Shown: piece by piece, positions 1 through 14,211 of the stretch
Layout: each line of letters starts with the position of its first letter
Numbering within the stretch: the first letter of the stretch is position 1
DNA from: Spirogloea muscicola
Taxonomy: Eukaryota
DNA length: 64,000 nt
Direction: 5' to 3'
Assembly (NCBI GenBank): GCA_009602725.1
Contig: WELB01000003.1
Span: forward strand, 475,457 to 539,456
Program-made: the position numbers and the translations under genes
Notes under the pieces: model-generated
What the model was told of the DNA's origin: nothing
Seen by the model: only the letters and a program-made list of their open reading frames with translations
Databases searched by the model: none

Positions 1-1854
1 GACGGGGCGGGGCTTCGGGCGTCGCAGCCGCGTCCACGGCCGGCCCGAGGCGAAGGTCCCGGTGCGCCGCAGGCAGGAGGCCGGCCCGGAGCTTCGCCGG
101 CCGCGAGCCCGCAGCGAGGCCGCCGCCGCGCCGGCAACGAGTCCGCCAGCGCTCCTGGACGAGGGAGCGATGGGACGAGCTCCCCAGACACCGCGTTCCG
201 CAGCCTCGACTTCAACACGCCGCGGAGGACGCCAGCGCCGGCTGCGGCGCGGTCGCCACAGCACCAGCGGCCGCGACCTTCCAAGCCTGCGGCACGCGGC
301 GACGATGCTCGCGAGCTCCGCATTCTGCAAACCCGGCTGCTGCAGTGGCGCTTTGCCAACGCTCAAGCTGAGCAGACCCTCGCTGCTCAGAAGGAGGCGG
401 CAGAGGTGAGCGCAGCAGCTCTGTGCAGAGTAGCACGATCAACACACTTCTGTTACATGCTTGTTGTGCTCGGTGCGGCAGCGACCAATGAGTGAGGTCA
501 TCCTGAAGAGGACATCAAGACAAGCAGGCATGAAGATGTTGCTTCCGCAGTTAGGCGCTTGCGGAAGTTGCAAGACTTGAGCTGTGATGCTGAGGGATAC
601 CATGCAGTGTGAGCTCTACGCAGCATGGAAGGCAACAGCTGACCTCAGAGCAGAGGTCGCTGAGCTACGGGCCAGGAAGGCCTGCGCCAAGCGCAACAAC
701 CTCCTCACTGCTGTGATCGCTAGTCAGGTCCGCAGTGTTACCTGGTCACAAGCCTGACAAATTGATGACAACTTACTCTCTAGCTTATATTAAGCTAAGA
801 CCCAGTTAAAACCCAGGTCTAGAAGCTTGAGCTTCATGCTGTGTCTCCAGGACGACCTCTCCTATTGTGGTACCTATCCATGAGCTGCATATGGTACTAA
901 GCCTGACAAGCTCATGACTTCCCACTTCCAGGAGCCTGCCTTGGACAGCGCGTTGAGCGTGGCTGAAGTATCCGAGCCACACCTCCTGCAGCTGCTGCAG
1001 GCCATTGAGTGTTCGGCAGTGCGCGTTCCCCTGGCACATGGCACCCAGGTGCTCATAATGCCTCCCTGGAATCATCTGCAGTTGGACACACCGAGCCAGT
1101 ATCTTCACAGACCCCACAGATGTGCAGGTTGACACAAGTTGTTGGCTTACCTCTCCAGCGTTTTAATCAATGTTACGATGATACTCCTGCCAAGATACGA
1201 GACAGAATCCTGGCAACCGACTTGCCTGCAACTCACCTTGACAACCTCATGCCAATGAACAGGCTGATGCTCATGAGGTCAAGGAGGCTCTTGACGAGTT
1301 ACATAGTGCATTGGGGGCCGTTGGACCTTCTGTGACATCATTGCTGCCAAAGGTAGTGCAAACAACCGGAACGAATTAGAGGAGTAGCATGATGTGCTCA
1401 TATAATATTCCCAAGGGTATGCATGGATAATGCCAAATTCAAGTGTAGAATGAGCCCGTGGCCTTTGTTTGCCCTTGGTCATCTATAAGGGGGACCTGTC
1501 ATGCTGGCCAGGTGGAGGAAGCGGTATCTTTGTCCTCGCAGCTTCTGGAGCTGGTTGGGCAGGAGGAGGACTTGCTGCGCAAGATCAAACCCCTGCTTGA
1601 CAAGCATGCTGCCTTGGAGGTCCGCTTTCAAGTTTCTTTCGCATCGTCAAAGCTCATGTTGGTGATGCTGTAGCGACCAGGTTGTGTCCCTCCATACTGG
1701 CTTGTATAGCATTTTGGAAGTCAGTCTTGATATCTGTTGGCTAGGATGCTTGCAGATCGAGGAGCGGAGCTTAAGGGCACACCTTCTTCAGGTTGAGCGT
1801 GAGAAGTTGCGCATGCCACCTTGGGGCTTCGACCCGCTAAGTACAAGGTGTTAG
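1..1854 (+). CDS. QWRF-motif / augmin subunit 8 (AUG8/HAUS8-like) family protein, 5' partial, spliced
   Basis: Frame 1 is open from base 1 and reads ...DDARELRILQTRLLQWRFANAQAEQ (QWRF at 343-354), ending at a GT donor at 406. Further GT-AG exons lie at ~608-727, ~932-1048, ~1512-1619 and ~1756-1854 (IEERSLRAHLLQ..., TAG at 1852-1854). One internal exon near 1270-1350 is not resolved. Confidence 0.85.
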
Positions 1855-2708
1855 CAGGCAGCTCATTGCTTGTTGACGAGAAGCCCTAAAATGCAAGCCC
1901 TTGAGACGAAGATGACGACCTACCACGAGGATCTTATATTAGTATGAATACTGTCACAACAGCTCATCTCTACCCTTTTCAAAATTCCTCATAATGGCAA
2001 CCTCTCAATTACCTCGGCACTTGGAATCATGAGTTTCTACATATCCTATGCTACACAAAAATATTGCCGCAATATTCCTTCGTTCGTTATTCATCCAAGT
2101 GTGACTTGACCGTCCAGACAATTACACATTGAGAATCGGCTTCACAATCATGTGGGCTGCATATATCAGAGGCAATCCTGTAGTCTTCCCATCGAATTCG
2201 GTTAACATTTGTTTTACAGAAAGTGATATGTAGCTTACAAATTGAAGGGTCCCCACTGCTCTGCCAACAATGTGCTCACAGCTGCCGAGCAAGACTCGAA
2301 AGACAAGGCTGTGCCCTGCACAAGTCTGTAATTGGGAAGTAATACATCAGCACTAACATTTCTGCAGAATGCATATGGTGCTCATGAGCACCCGCTGCGG
2401 GCCATGAGCAATGCCTCATTGCCTGCCTGCTGAAATGCAACTTTGTTACAATCTCCTGTCTACAGCTACTTGAACCTCGGCTTGCCCATGTTCCTGCATG
2501 CCTTGGCAGTATAAGCAGGGCGTGGGGGCCGCTTCAGTATGTAGCAGATGCAAACTCTTGGTGACTGACATGAGAGGGCCCCCTGAAGAGACCATTGCGG
2601 CTCATCCAGAGACTCCAGCCAAGAAGAGCAAGTGCGGCAGCAAGCCTGCTGCCTTGGCTCTGCTCAGAAGCCTGTACATGGATGCTTGTCTCATCACTCC
2701 AAGCGCTT

Positions 2709-4275
2709 TCAATTGCAGCAACTGGCTCTCTTCTTCTCCGTCTCCTCCTGATTGCTCTGCGCATTGTTGACAACCAACAGCTTGGTCCCGTTGTTGGGCG
2801 CGAGTGGGTTGTCAAATTCGTCGAAGGCAGAGACCCGCTTGCTCACATTGTTATAGATCTCCGTGATGACGCTCTCGAATGCCTCCTGCACATTCCTGCA
2901 ACTCAGAAGGTAGGCGTCAGTTGCAGGCGATAGCACTTGCAGTAGTGGTAGCAGAAGCTGCTGCAATGATTACCCTTATGTGTTGGTGCGCAGGTGCCTG
3001 ATAGGTGCAACTGCCAGTCGACCACTCAGGCGGACTGGGCCGTCCTGACAGCCCCTCGACAATGGGTCACTCCTGTATGAGGAGGACCTTGGCGCTGCAG
3101 TGCTCACAATCAAGCAGGACCAAACAGCAGCATGCGGAGGAGTGAGAGGTGAGTTGGCTGCGTACGTGGAGTCGAGTGCGGACGTCTCCATGAAGTACAT
3201 GCCCTCCCGCTCCGCCAGCTCCAGCCCCCGCTCTGTGGGCACTGCTCGCAGAGACTCCAGATCGGTCTTGTTGCCAACCAGCATCACCACCAGGTTGCTG
3301 TCCCCTTGGCCTGCCACAACAGCAGGGCTGCTGCCTATCAGATTTCCCGCTTGTGGCGTCCTGGCATGTGATGGCTGCCTGGCACTTTGCCCCCAACTGC
3401 TTCGCTTCACAGTAAGTACTGCATTGCTAGCTTGCTGTAGCTGCTGTCTTGGGAGGGGACGGAGCAATAACGAGGGTGTGAGCGCTGTGTGAGCGGGCAA
3501 GCAGGTGCTTGGAAGCTAGGAATGTGGGGCAGGGACTTTAAGGAGGGCGAACTTGACTGGGTAGGGGCTCTGCTATCTGGGGCCGCGGAGGAGTGGGGTC
3601 TTAGTTGTGGGGAGAGAGGAGAGGGATGGAGGGAGAGGGGGAGAGGGAGGGGAGAGAGAGAGTGGCGAAGGAGGAGAAGGAGAGAGAGTGTGGACGAGGG
3701 GAGAGGCGGGGGTGGGGGGGGGTGGGGGGGGAGGATGCATGGAAAGATGAGAGAGTAGAGGCAGAGAGGGAGAGCGCGGAGGTGAACGAGAGGGGAGAGG
3801 TAGGTGTCGTGAGACACTGACAGCGGATCTCTCGGAGCCACTGGGAGACGTTGTCGAACGTGGAGCGGCGGCTGATGTCGTAGACGAGCAGCGCGCCCAG
3901 CGCGCCGCGGTAGTAGACGCTGGTGACTGCGCGGTACCGCTCCTGCCCAGACGTGTCCCAGATCTGCGCCTTCACCTCCTTGCCCTCGATCGCCAACGTC
4001 TTGGACCTGAACTCCACGCCGATGGTGGCCTTGGAGTCGCCATGGAACTCATTGTGCGCGAAGCGCGACGCCAGGTTGGTCTTGCCCACGCCTGCGCCGC
4101 GCCACGGACGGCGGTGAGCACTGGCAGCGCCGCCGCAAGCCGGGGGCAACCGGCAAGCCAGCAATGGGGGGGGGCGGTTCGAACCCGAGTCGCCGATGAG
4201 GACCATCTTGAAGAGGTAGCTGTCGGCCGGCTCGTCGCTGGGCACGCGGTACTCGCTGCCGTAAGGCGGCGGCAT
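2709..4275 (-). CDS. Rab GTPase, Rab11/RabA (A4/A5-like), 4 exons
   Basis: Motifs [57 protein letters not shown] and a C-terminal CCN prenylation signal. ATG at 4275; GT-AG introns join the exons in frame. Confidence 0.95.
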
Positions 4276-5102
4276 GGCGGCGGCGGCGGCGGCGGCGGCG
4301 AGAAGGAGCAGCTTGACGTTACCAACGTGAGGAAGGCAATGGCGGTGAGGGGCCAGCCCGAAGGCAAGAGCTGACGGGGGGGCGCTCAGTGGCGCGCAAC
4401 AGTGGCGGCGGCGGGGGGGGGGGGATTGGACAAACGGGCAGGTGGGTTTCGTTGGGCGGCCGGGTGACAGATCGTCGGGCTGGGGCGGGGCCCGGCCCAC
4501 AGCGCCGCGTCGCGTATCGGAGAGCCAGGGCTCAGCCACAGGAGCAGGGTCCCGCAACGCAAAGGAAACGACAGGCCCCCCGCGTGGCGTCCCCGCTTGC
4601 CGGCCACCTCACCTGCCCGCCCGACTGCACCTGACCAGGAGGCTGCAACAGAGATACCACCAGAAGCGCCTCGCCTCTCGCCGACGGGGGGTGGCGCCAC
4701 GGCGCTTGCCCACCCCCGCACCGAACCCCCGACTCCCAAAACCGAAACACCAAACCCCCTTTCATCCCCCTCGCCTTGCCTCCCTGCCTGCCTGCCGGCC
4801 TGCTTGGAGCCGCGAACCCCCGCCGCGACAGCTTGCCGACCCGCACAGACCTTAGTGGCTCCCTTTTGAGCTACCATAGTAGTAGCCGCCACCTGTATCC
4901 TCGCAGCCACACGCTGCTGTTCAACCTCCTCTCTCTGGGCTGAACCCTCCATGCGACTGCAGGGACTCCTTCCCGCCGTTTCAGCCACGCAACATTCTCG
5001 CCCCAAGTCCTCGCTTGGGTCAATGTCCACCAACTTGGGCTCTTGCCGAAGGTCCGGGGCTCTTGCCATGGCACCCATGACGCCTTGGCCGCCCTGGCCT
5101 CC

Positions 5103-7383
5103 TCATCGTAGTGGCACGCGATCCGAGGTAAGTGCGAGCAGGCGTGACAGCACACGCGGCCCGTCCTCGCGGATGCCCGAGTGCATGTACTCGCTCGTCA
5201 CCCACAACCGAAGCCCCGCAATCTCGCCTGCCGTTGCTTCCGAGAGTGGCAGGCTGACGTACATGTCCTCGTAGTACGCCACTGCCGCCACTGGCACCTG
5301 ACGAACGGCCACCAACAAGACGCCTCAGAAGAGACTATGACTCTGTGCCATTGGTCTGAATGACGATAGCCAACAGAAGAAGGGTGGGTCAGTAAAGTCA
5401 CCGAGTTGGCGTTGAGCGCAGCCTTGTCATACAGGTCGGACCAGTTGGCCTTGGCCGCAAGGAGGTGCGCAGTTGCCTTCAGGGGCTGCAGCCCGGCCAT
5501 CTCGTCAAACATCCACGGAAAGATCATCTACATGCAACACGTTAGCATTGTGGCAGAGCTATGTCAGTCACTTGCAGAGTACGATGCCAACTCGCAGCAT
5601 TGCCTGGGCAGCAGAAATGGCACCTCTCCAGTGAAGGGCACGTCTTCGCCAGCCTCAGCAGCACGCACGGGGTCAAATGCACCGTCCAGCTCGTCTCGCA
5701 CGCGCTGTGCAGCCCAAGCTGAGGCAGCCCCCTGCAAGAGTTATGTAGACTTGAGCAGAACTTACGATGCAGGCCACATGACAGACTCCGCAGCCTGCAG
5801 AGCTGTCAACCTGCAACTGACCAAGATGTAGTGCTGACCAAGATCACGATCACAATGTTCATCATGCTTCTGGCACTCTCAGCAGGGAAAGGACAGCAAG
5901 AAAGCTTCAAGAGAAGACCTGGCAGTAAATGGCCTCATGCAGTATAGCATAGAGTGGGCTGGTCGCAAACCCCAGCCACGCATCATACTGCACTCAACTT
6001 CGCCAAGCATGAGTCGAGCTCTCAATCTGCCTTGCAGGAGTGGAGGTACAGTGGCTGAAGCGTCCTGGAGCGCGAGAAAGGGCAACAAGAAGCAAGGAGG
6101 GCAGGGTGGCTTGACGTACTCCATGCAAGAAAGCTGCACTGAGCTGCCGCCTTGCACCCGGCACAAGCTGCGCCTCCCAGGCTCTCTCAAACCTGCGGAG
6201 CAAGGCCTGAGAGGCAAATCATTTTCTGGTGCTGGCACCAGCCACCGCAGCCAAACCACAGGGTTGTGTCAGTGGAGCCTGGCGTGTAGCATCATGTGTC
6301 ACCCCCTAAACCCCTGAGCTCCAATCTCTGTCAAGCAAGCCCCGAGCTTGCAGCGTGTAGCAAAGGGGAAAGCAGCGGGGCATCACAGGAAGTGGAGGCG
6401 CTCAAAGCCCCCATGAGAGCCAAGGCCACTGAGGCCGAGCACCTGCAGGCCCCGCGGGCTCAGCACGCCGCCTGAAGGCAGTCCCACCTGAACGAGCGAG
6501 GCGCATTCACAATGATCAGAGTCCGCTCGTTTGCAGCTGCGCCAGCATGACGGCAGGCACCACGGCTTCGTCAATGGCCGGATTGCTCACCCCACCGCTT
6601 TCGTGGAGGTGGAGAACGATGTCACGCACGAGCTGTGCGTCCTGGGGGAAACGTTGGTAGTACTTGGCAGTCTGTGTTGCCACCTGCCGGAAGCATGCCC
6701 GGTACACCTGCTCCGACTCGGCAGCTGCCGATCGTCAGGGTTCGAGGTTGCAGCAGGTGGGGTGCAGCGAGCCAGCAGGGCAGATGAGGCTATGGAGGCC
6801 ACCTGCTCAGCAGTGCAGCCTCTGTCGATGGGTGGGAGGCCGCCGGCGATGAGCACGCGCTTTAGGCCCTCAGGGGCCATGCTCAGGTACGTCACCGTGC
6901 AGAAGCCACCGAAGCTCTGCCGGAAACGAGACGTGGAGCGCACAAGCCCCATCACGAAGAAGCTGCAGCTCGTAATGGCATTGAAGTGGGGGCCGGCACA
7001 TCACAAAAGCCGGCAGCCGGCGCCGTCAGCTGGCAAAGCCAAGCACCTGGCCGAGAACGGTCCAGCGGTCGCCGCTGGGCAGCAGCGCGGCGCGCAGGAG
7101 CTCGGCGTCGCATACGATGCTGTCGGCGCGGAAGTGCGCAAGGTAGGCCGCCTGGGCGTCCGGCGGGCCCAGCTGGGCCAGCGCCGCCGCCGACAGCGCC
7201 GTCGACAGGCCGGTGCCGCGCTGGTCCAGCAGCACCACGCGGTGCGACTTGACGGCGTCGGCCAGCCAGCCGGCGGCCTCGGCGGGCCGCGGCGCCTCGT
7301 GCCCCGGGCCGCCCTGCAGGAAGAGCAGGTACGGCAATGGCGGCGCGCGCTCCCGGCTGCCCGCTGCTCGAGCCGCACGCCGC
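5103..7383 (-). CDS. Proline iminopeptidase (alpha/beta hydrolase, peptidase S33); 5' end lost in N-gap
   Basis: Exons encode PYLLFLQGGPG, VVLLDQRGTGLS, HFRADSIV, the catalytic LGQ/SFGG nucleophile elbow (split by an intron), LYAILHEAIYCQ, MIFPWMFDE, VPVAAVAYYEDMYV and EYMHSG. Confidence 0.92.
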
Positions 7384-8259
7384 NNNNNNNNNNNNNNNNN
7401 NNNNNNNNNNNNNNNNNNNNNNNNNNNNNNNNNNNNNNNNNNNNNNNNNNNNNNNNNNNNNNNNNNNNNNNNNNNNNNNNNNNNNNNNNNNNNNNNNNNN
7501 NNNNNNNNNNNNNNNNNNNNNNNNNNNNNNNNNNNNNNNNNNNNNNNNNNNNNNNNNNNNNNNNNNNNNNNNNNNNNNNNNNNNNNNNNNNNNNNNNNNN
7601 NNNNNNNNNNNNNNNNNNNNNNNNNNNNNNNNNNNNNNNNNNNNNNNNNNNNNNNNNNNNNNNNNNNNNNNNNNNNNNNNNNNNNNNNNNNNNNNNNNNN
7701 NNNNNNNNNNNNNNNNNNNNNNNNNNNNNNNNNNNNNNNNNNNNNNNNNNNNNNNNNNNNNNNNNNNNNNNNNNNNNNNNNNNNNNNNNNNNNNNNNNNN
7801 NNNNNNNNNNNNNNNNNNNNNNNNNNNNNNNNNNNNNNNNNNNNNNNNNNNNNNNNNNNNNNNNNNNNNNNNNNNNNNNNNNNNNNNNNNNNNNNNNNNN
7901 NNNNNNNNNNNNNNNNNNNNNNNNNNNNNNNNNNNNNNNNNNNNNNNNNNNNNNNNNNNNNNNNNNNNNNNNNNNNNNNNNNNNNNNNNNNNNNNNNNNN
8001 NNNNNNNNNNNNNNNNNNNNNNNNNNNNNNNNNNNNNNNNNNNNNNNNNNNNNNNNNNNNNNNNNNNNNNNNNNNNNNNNNNNNNNNNNNNNNNNNNNNN
8101 NNNNNNNNNNNNNNNNNNNNNNNNNNNNNNNNNNNNNNNNNNNNNNNNNNNNNNNNNNNNNNNNNNNNNNNNNNNNNNNNNNNNNNNNNNNNNNNNNNNN
8201 NNNNNNNNNNNNNNNNNNNNNNNNNNNNNNNNNNNNNNNNNNNNNNNNNNNNNNNNNNN

Positions 8260-10808
<2,549 letters not shown>

Positions 10809-12102
10809 GCATGTCCTGCTAGGACACTTGTGACTGGGTCAAGCAAGCAAGCTTCTGAAGAATCTGTCTTGCTACCATCAATTGACCAGCCTGCTCAAGG
10901 TGTCAGCACATCAGATATGAGCAATGTAAACTATCTACTTGCAGAGTATGTAGCAGCTAGAGCTACAGCATTGCATTATAGTGTACAAACATGTTGTCAC
11001 TTGTGCTGTTCAACCGCCCACTGACACAGTGGGGGCTATTACCCTAAACGTCCAGTTTGAGCATGCACCTGTGCGTGCAGCAGCTTTGTAGAATTTACGT
11101 GTGGAGTGTGACACGATTGTCAGTGACATCCAGCTCTGGATGTCACTGACAGCTGATAAACGTGTGCTTTGGGGACCTCCTGTTGGTCTTTATTTACCAA
11201 ATTTATGTATTGTTTCGAACTCCGATCTCAGTGCCACTTGGGCCTGCCTGTCGTGCCAGTTGCAGAGCAGTTGGCAGTTACATCGCACCACCTAAGTATG
11301 TCCTACTCTACCGTTCTTCTTTTATGAGTCGTTAATCGACAGGGCTGTGCAAAATCTTGGTGTGTCAATCCGCGGACTGACTGCACGAGGAGATAAAGCT
11401 CCCATGAGTGCACTGCTCCCTGGCATGTGTAATAGCAAATACAGTCTTGAAATGCTGCACTGAGCAGCTTCTTGCACCACTGAAAGTAGACTTGTGAGGA
11501 CCCGTAACTGCTCCTTGCAGACATCACCAAGTTCGCATGTATGATGAGCAGTTGGAGCCTACTTCCAAAGCAAGGATGCTCTCGGGCCTTCCTGGTGCTT
11601 CAAAGTCCTTCACTTCCATTGCAGACAGGGCTTTCCTTTTCTTTGATTGTTGACAGAGATCGACAATGTGGACTCACTAGTACTGGTTGGTCAGGCAGCC
11701 AAAATCTCGAGTATGAACATGCAGGAGCTCTTCTTGCACGAGGGCTGATCTGTACTAGGCAGGCGAACATTGTGCAGAATTGTCATGGTAACGTCATACA
11801 CGGCTTGTATATGAGAAGAGATGCACAGTGATGGCAGAGATATGTAACAAAGGGATAATGATGCAGCACAGCACGTTTTGTACCGTAATGGCTGTATGAA
11901 CATTCGGCAGCCACGATAATGAATGCAGGTGAGCAGTGACACATACGAACTTGATCAGGGCATAATGCTTACTCCAACTCAGGGACCATCTGACCGAAAT
12001 TGGAATCCAGGACAAGCAATCTAGGAGAGAGTTGAAGGACAGGTAGTGCTAGGTTCAGCATGTCGGCAAGTGCTTCAGGTGCCTATTCAGGCACACGCAT
12101 AC

Positions 12103-13221
12103 TCAGGCCTTGTCGGTTTGGCCTGCGGAAGCGCACACTAGTTCAACAGTGAGAGGTAGCCATTGCTTGGATGCACCTGTTGGCTGTTGGAAATGCTGCG
12201 AGTACAGCACACGAGAGATGGGCTGCTAGTCAGGAACGCCCAATCTCATGGTGAGCCTCCACTTACCAATTTTGCCAAGCCCCTTGCAGTTGCTGCAGAC
12301 GATCTGGCTCCCCTTGGTTGCAGCATTGGCGTTGAGCCGCTCGCCCGACCTCCTCACGAAGCCGGCTCCGTCGCAGACGGGGCAGCTGCCAGCCGTCATA
12401 GCCAGCCCCAAGTCCGTCAGACGCACGGACACACAGAACAGGAGTGCATGGCACGAACCAATCCAATTCTAGCCATTACTATGTCAATTGCTATGTTTTC
12501 TTATGCTGGCATTCCTCGTCTTGCTGGTTTCTGTAGCAAATTTTACCTTTTCTTTTCTGCTTTAGGATCTGGAGCATATTCATGATGACCCATATAGTCA
12601 GCACAAGCGGCATCGTCAGAGTGAATAGCGGCCGAAGTACGTGGGCGCCTCACGTGTCCTTGCGGGAGAAGAGGATGGGGAACGCGGTGCCGACGAGGGC
12701 GATGGCCACGGCGCCGATGATGAGGTAGTTGGTGCCCTCCGCGGAGACGTCGCCGACGGCGCACACCACGCGGGCCTTGCGGCTGCCCACCTGTGCCACG
12801 CAGACTCACGACGCCTATCAGCTTGGCTGTCCTCGACGAGGACCAGCGCCAACGCCTGGCGGCTGTGGCCAAGGCCATCCACGCCAACTACAATGCTGGC
12901 TCCGGGCCGCCGTCAGGGCGAGCCACGCGCCATGGCGAGGCTGACGGCGACAGGACCGACGGATGCCCGTCACGGAGGCGGCATTGCGGAGGATCGACCA
13001 GCCCTCAGCGTGCGGAGGTCCAGCAAAGGACTTGGCGGGGCGGAGCAAGCAACTGCCAAGACCGCCAGACGCGCACTCGCTGCCGCTCCGTCGCGAGGAC
13101 TGCATTGGCGGCTCGTGGCACAGGCTGCTGCGGCGGCGGGGGAGCCGCAAGGCTAGGGGGAGGCAGGGCGGGGCGGGGCGGCGCTGGCCTGGGAGGCGAC
13201 GCGGCAGGCCAGCGTGGCGGG
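12103..13221 (-). CDS. FIP: FtsH5-interacting protein (FIP, At5g02160-like) thylakoid DnaJ-like zinc-finger protein
   Basis: Spliced reading ...VVCAVGDVSAEGTNYLIIGAVAIALVGTAFPILFSRKDT|CPVCDGAGFVRRSGERLNANAATKGSQIVCSNCKGLGKIG|QTDKA* gives a TM helix plus two CxxCxGxG motifs. Exons at ~12790-12654, 12385-12267 and 12122-12103. The start/transit-peptide exon probably abuts the gap at 13222. Confidence 0.85.
12451..12580 (+). other. nad2: NUMT: mitochondrial nad2 fragment inside a FIP intron
   Basis: AT-rich island in GC-rich DNA translating as ARTNPILAITMSIAMFSYAGIPRLAGFCSKFYLFFSALGSGAY, matching the plant mitochondrial Nad2 segment NPILAIT...MFSYAGIPPLAGFCSKFYLFF.ALG.GAY. Confidence 0.85.
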
Positions 13222-14211
13222 NNNNNNNNNNNNNNNNNNNNNNNNNNNNNNNNNNNNNNNNNNNNNNNNNNNNNNNNNNNNNGGCGGGGGGGGTGGGGGG
13301 GGGGGGCAGCACGTCTGGTTCCCCCGAGTCCCCCCCGTGGCCGCCTTATCCGCGCGCCCGCTGACGTGGCTGCTGGCCTGGCAGCAGCGCCCCCACCAAA
13401 CCCCCCTCCACGGCGGCATTTGCTCCTTCCTCTCCTCCGTCGCCCTTGCGCCGTGAGTGCCGGCCTGTTGGCAGCGTGCTCAGAGGCTCATGCTTCGCAC
13501 CAGAGAGCTGGGCGAGGTCTCCGTGGTGGCTCTACCTGGCTTGGGCTTTGCCATCTGGTCTTCAGGCATCGTCTGGCGACCTGCATGCGTTGAACTGTCG
13601 TCACTGAGCGGGTCATTCGATGACGTACATTGCAGTGGGCAATGTACTTCATCAGATGTGGCTTGCCATGGTACTTGGCCACTTTGGCCTTCCAGCATCT
13701 CAACACACGCAAGTCCCTCCCTCGCAGCTCGTCTGACTTGCCGTTGCTGACACGGAGTTACTAAGTAAGAGCGCCCTGTTAGCCTAGCCTGCGGCTCCGC
13801 TGATACACTCACAAACACCCTCTGTATGCAACTGGCTTGCTCTTACCGCCGCTCTTTTCTTCATCAGCAGCCGCATGTCTCCCCAAAATCTCCAAAGCTC
13901 CAGCCCCACATTCCCCACTGTGCTCCCAGCTTCGCTTATGCAGTCGCTCCTCCCTATGCCGCCCTCTTTTGGAGAGCATTTTCTCCAAGGCCTGCAAGCG
14001 GATCCTACTAAGTGGTGGACACTACAGTGTATCCTGGCATTGCTGAATGTAGGTCCGAGCAAGCTCAGCTGCCGCAGCAGCGCCGCCTGGCCCACGTCCT
14101 AACTGCCGCATACGGCCCTCATAGTGTACACCCTACTCTGCTACCGTGAGCCCACAGCGCATGTGGGTGCCTGCAACCGATGTGGCCAGGAGGCCGGCGC
14201 ACGAGAGTTGC

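Noticed and set aside
3600..3800. G/A-rich tract with G-runs (possible G-quadruplex)
   Set aside because: It is the complement of a C/T-rich low-complexity Rab intron; nothing supports a specific function.
4386..5078. 230-aa minus-strand ORF between PIP and Rab
   Set aside because: No recognisable motifs; it overlaps the expected PIP 3' UTR and the GC-rich Rab promoter, and is likely a chance ORF.
12163..12585. 140-aa + strand ORF as a functional nuclear nad2 gene
   Set aside because: Only the last ~45 codons are Nad2-like. The rest is antisense to a FIP exon, and there is no targeting peptide.
13400..14100. Short ORFs between FIP and U-box #1
   Set aside because: No motifs or consistent splice pattern; probably UTR or intergenic DNA.
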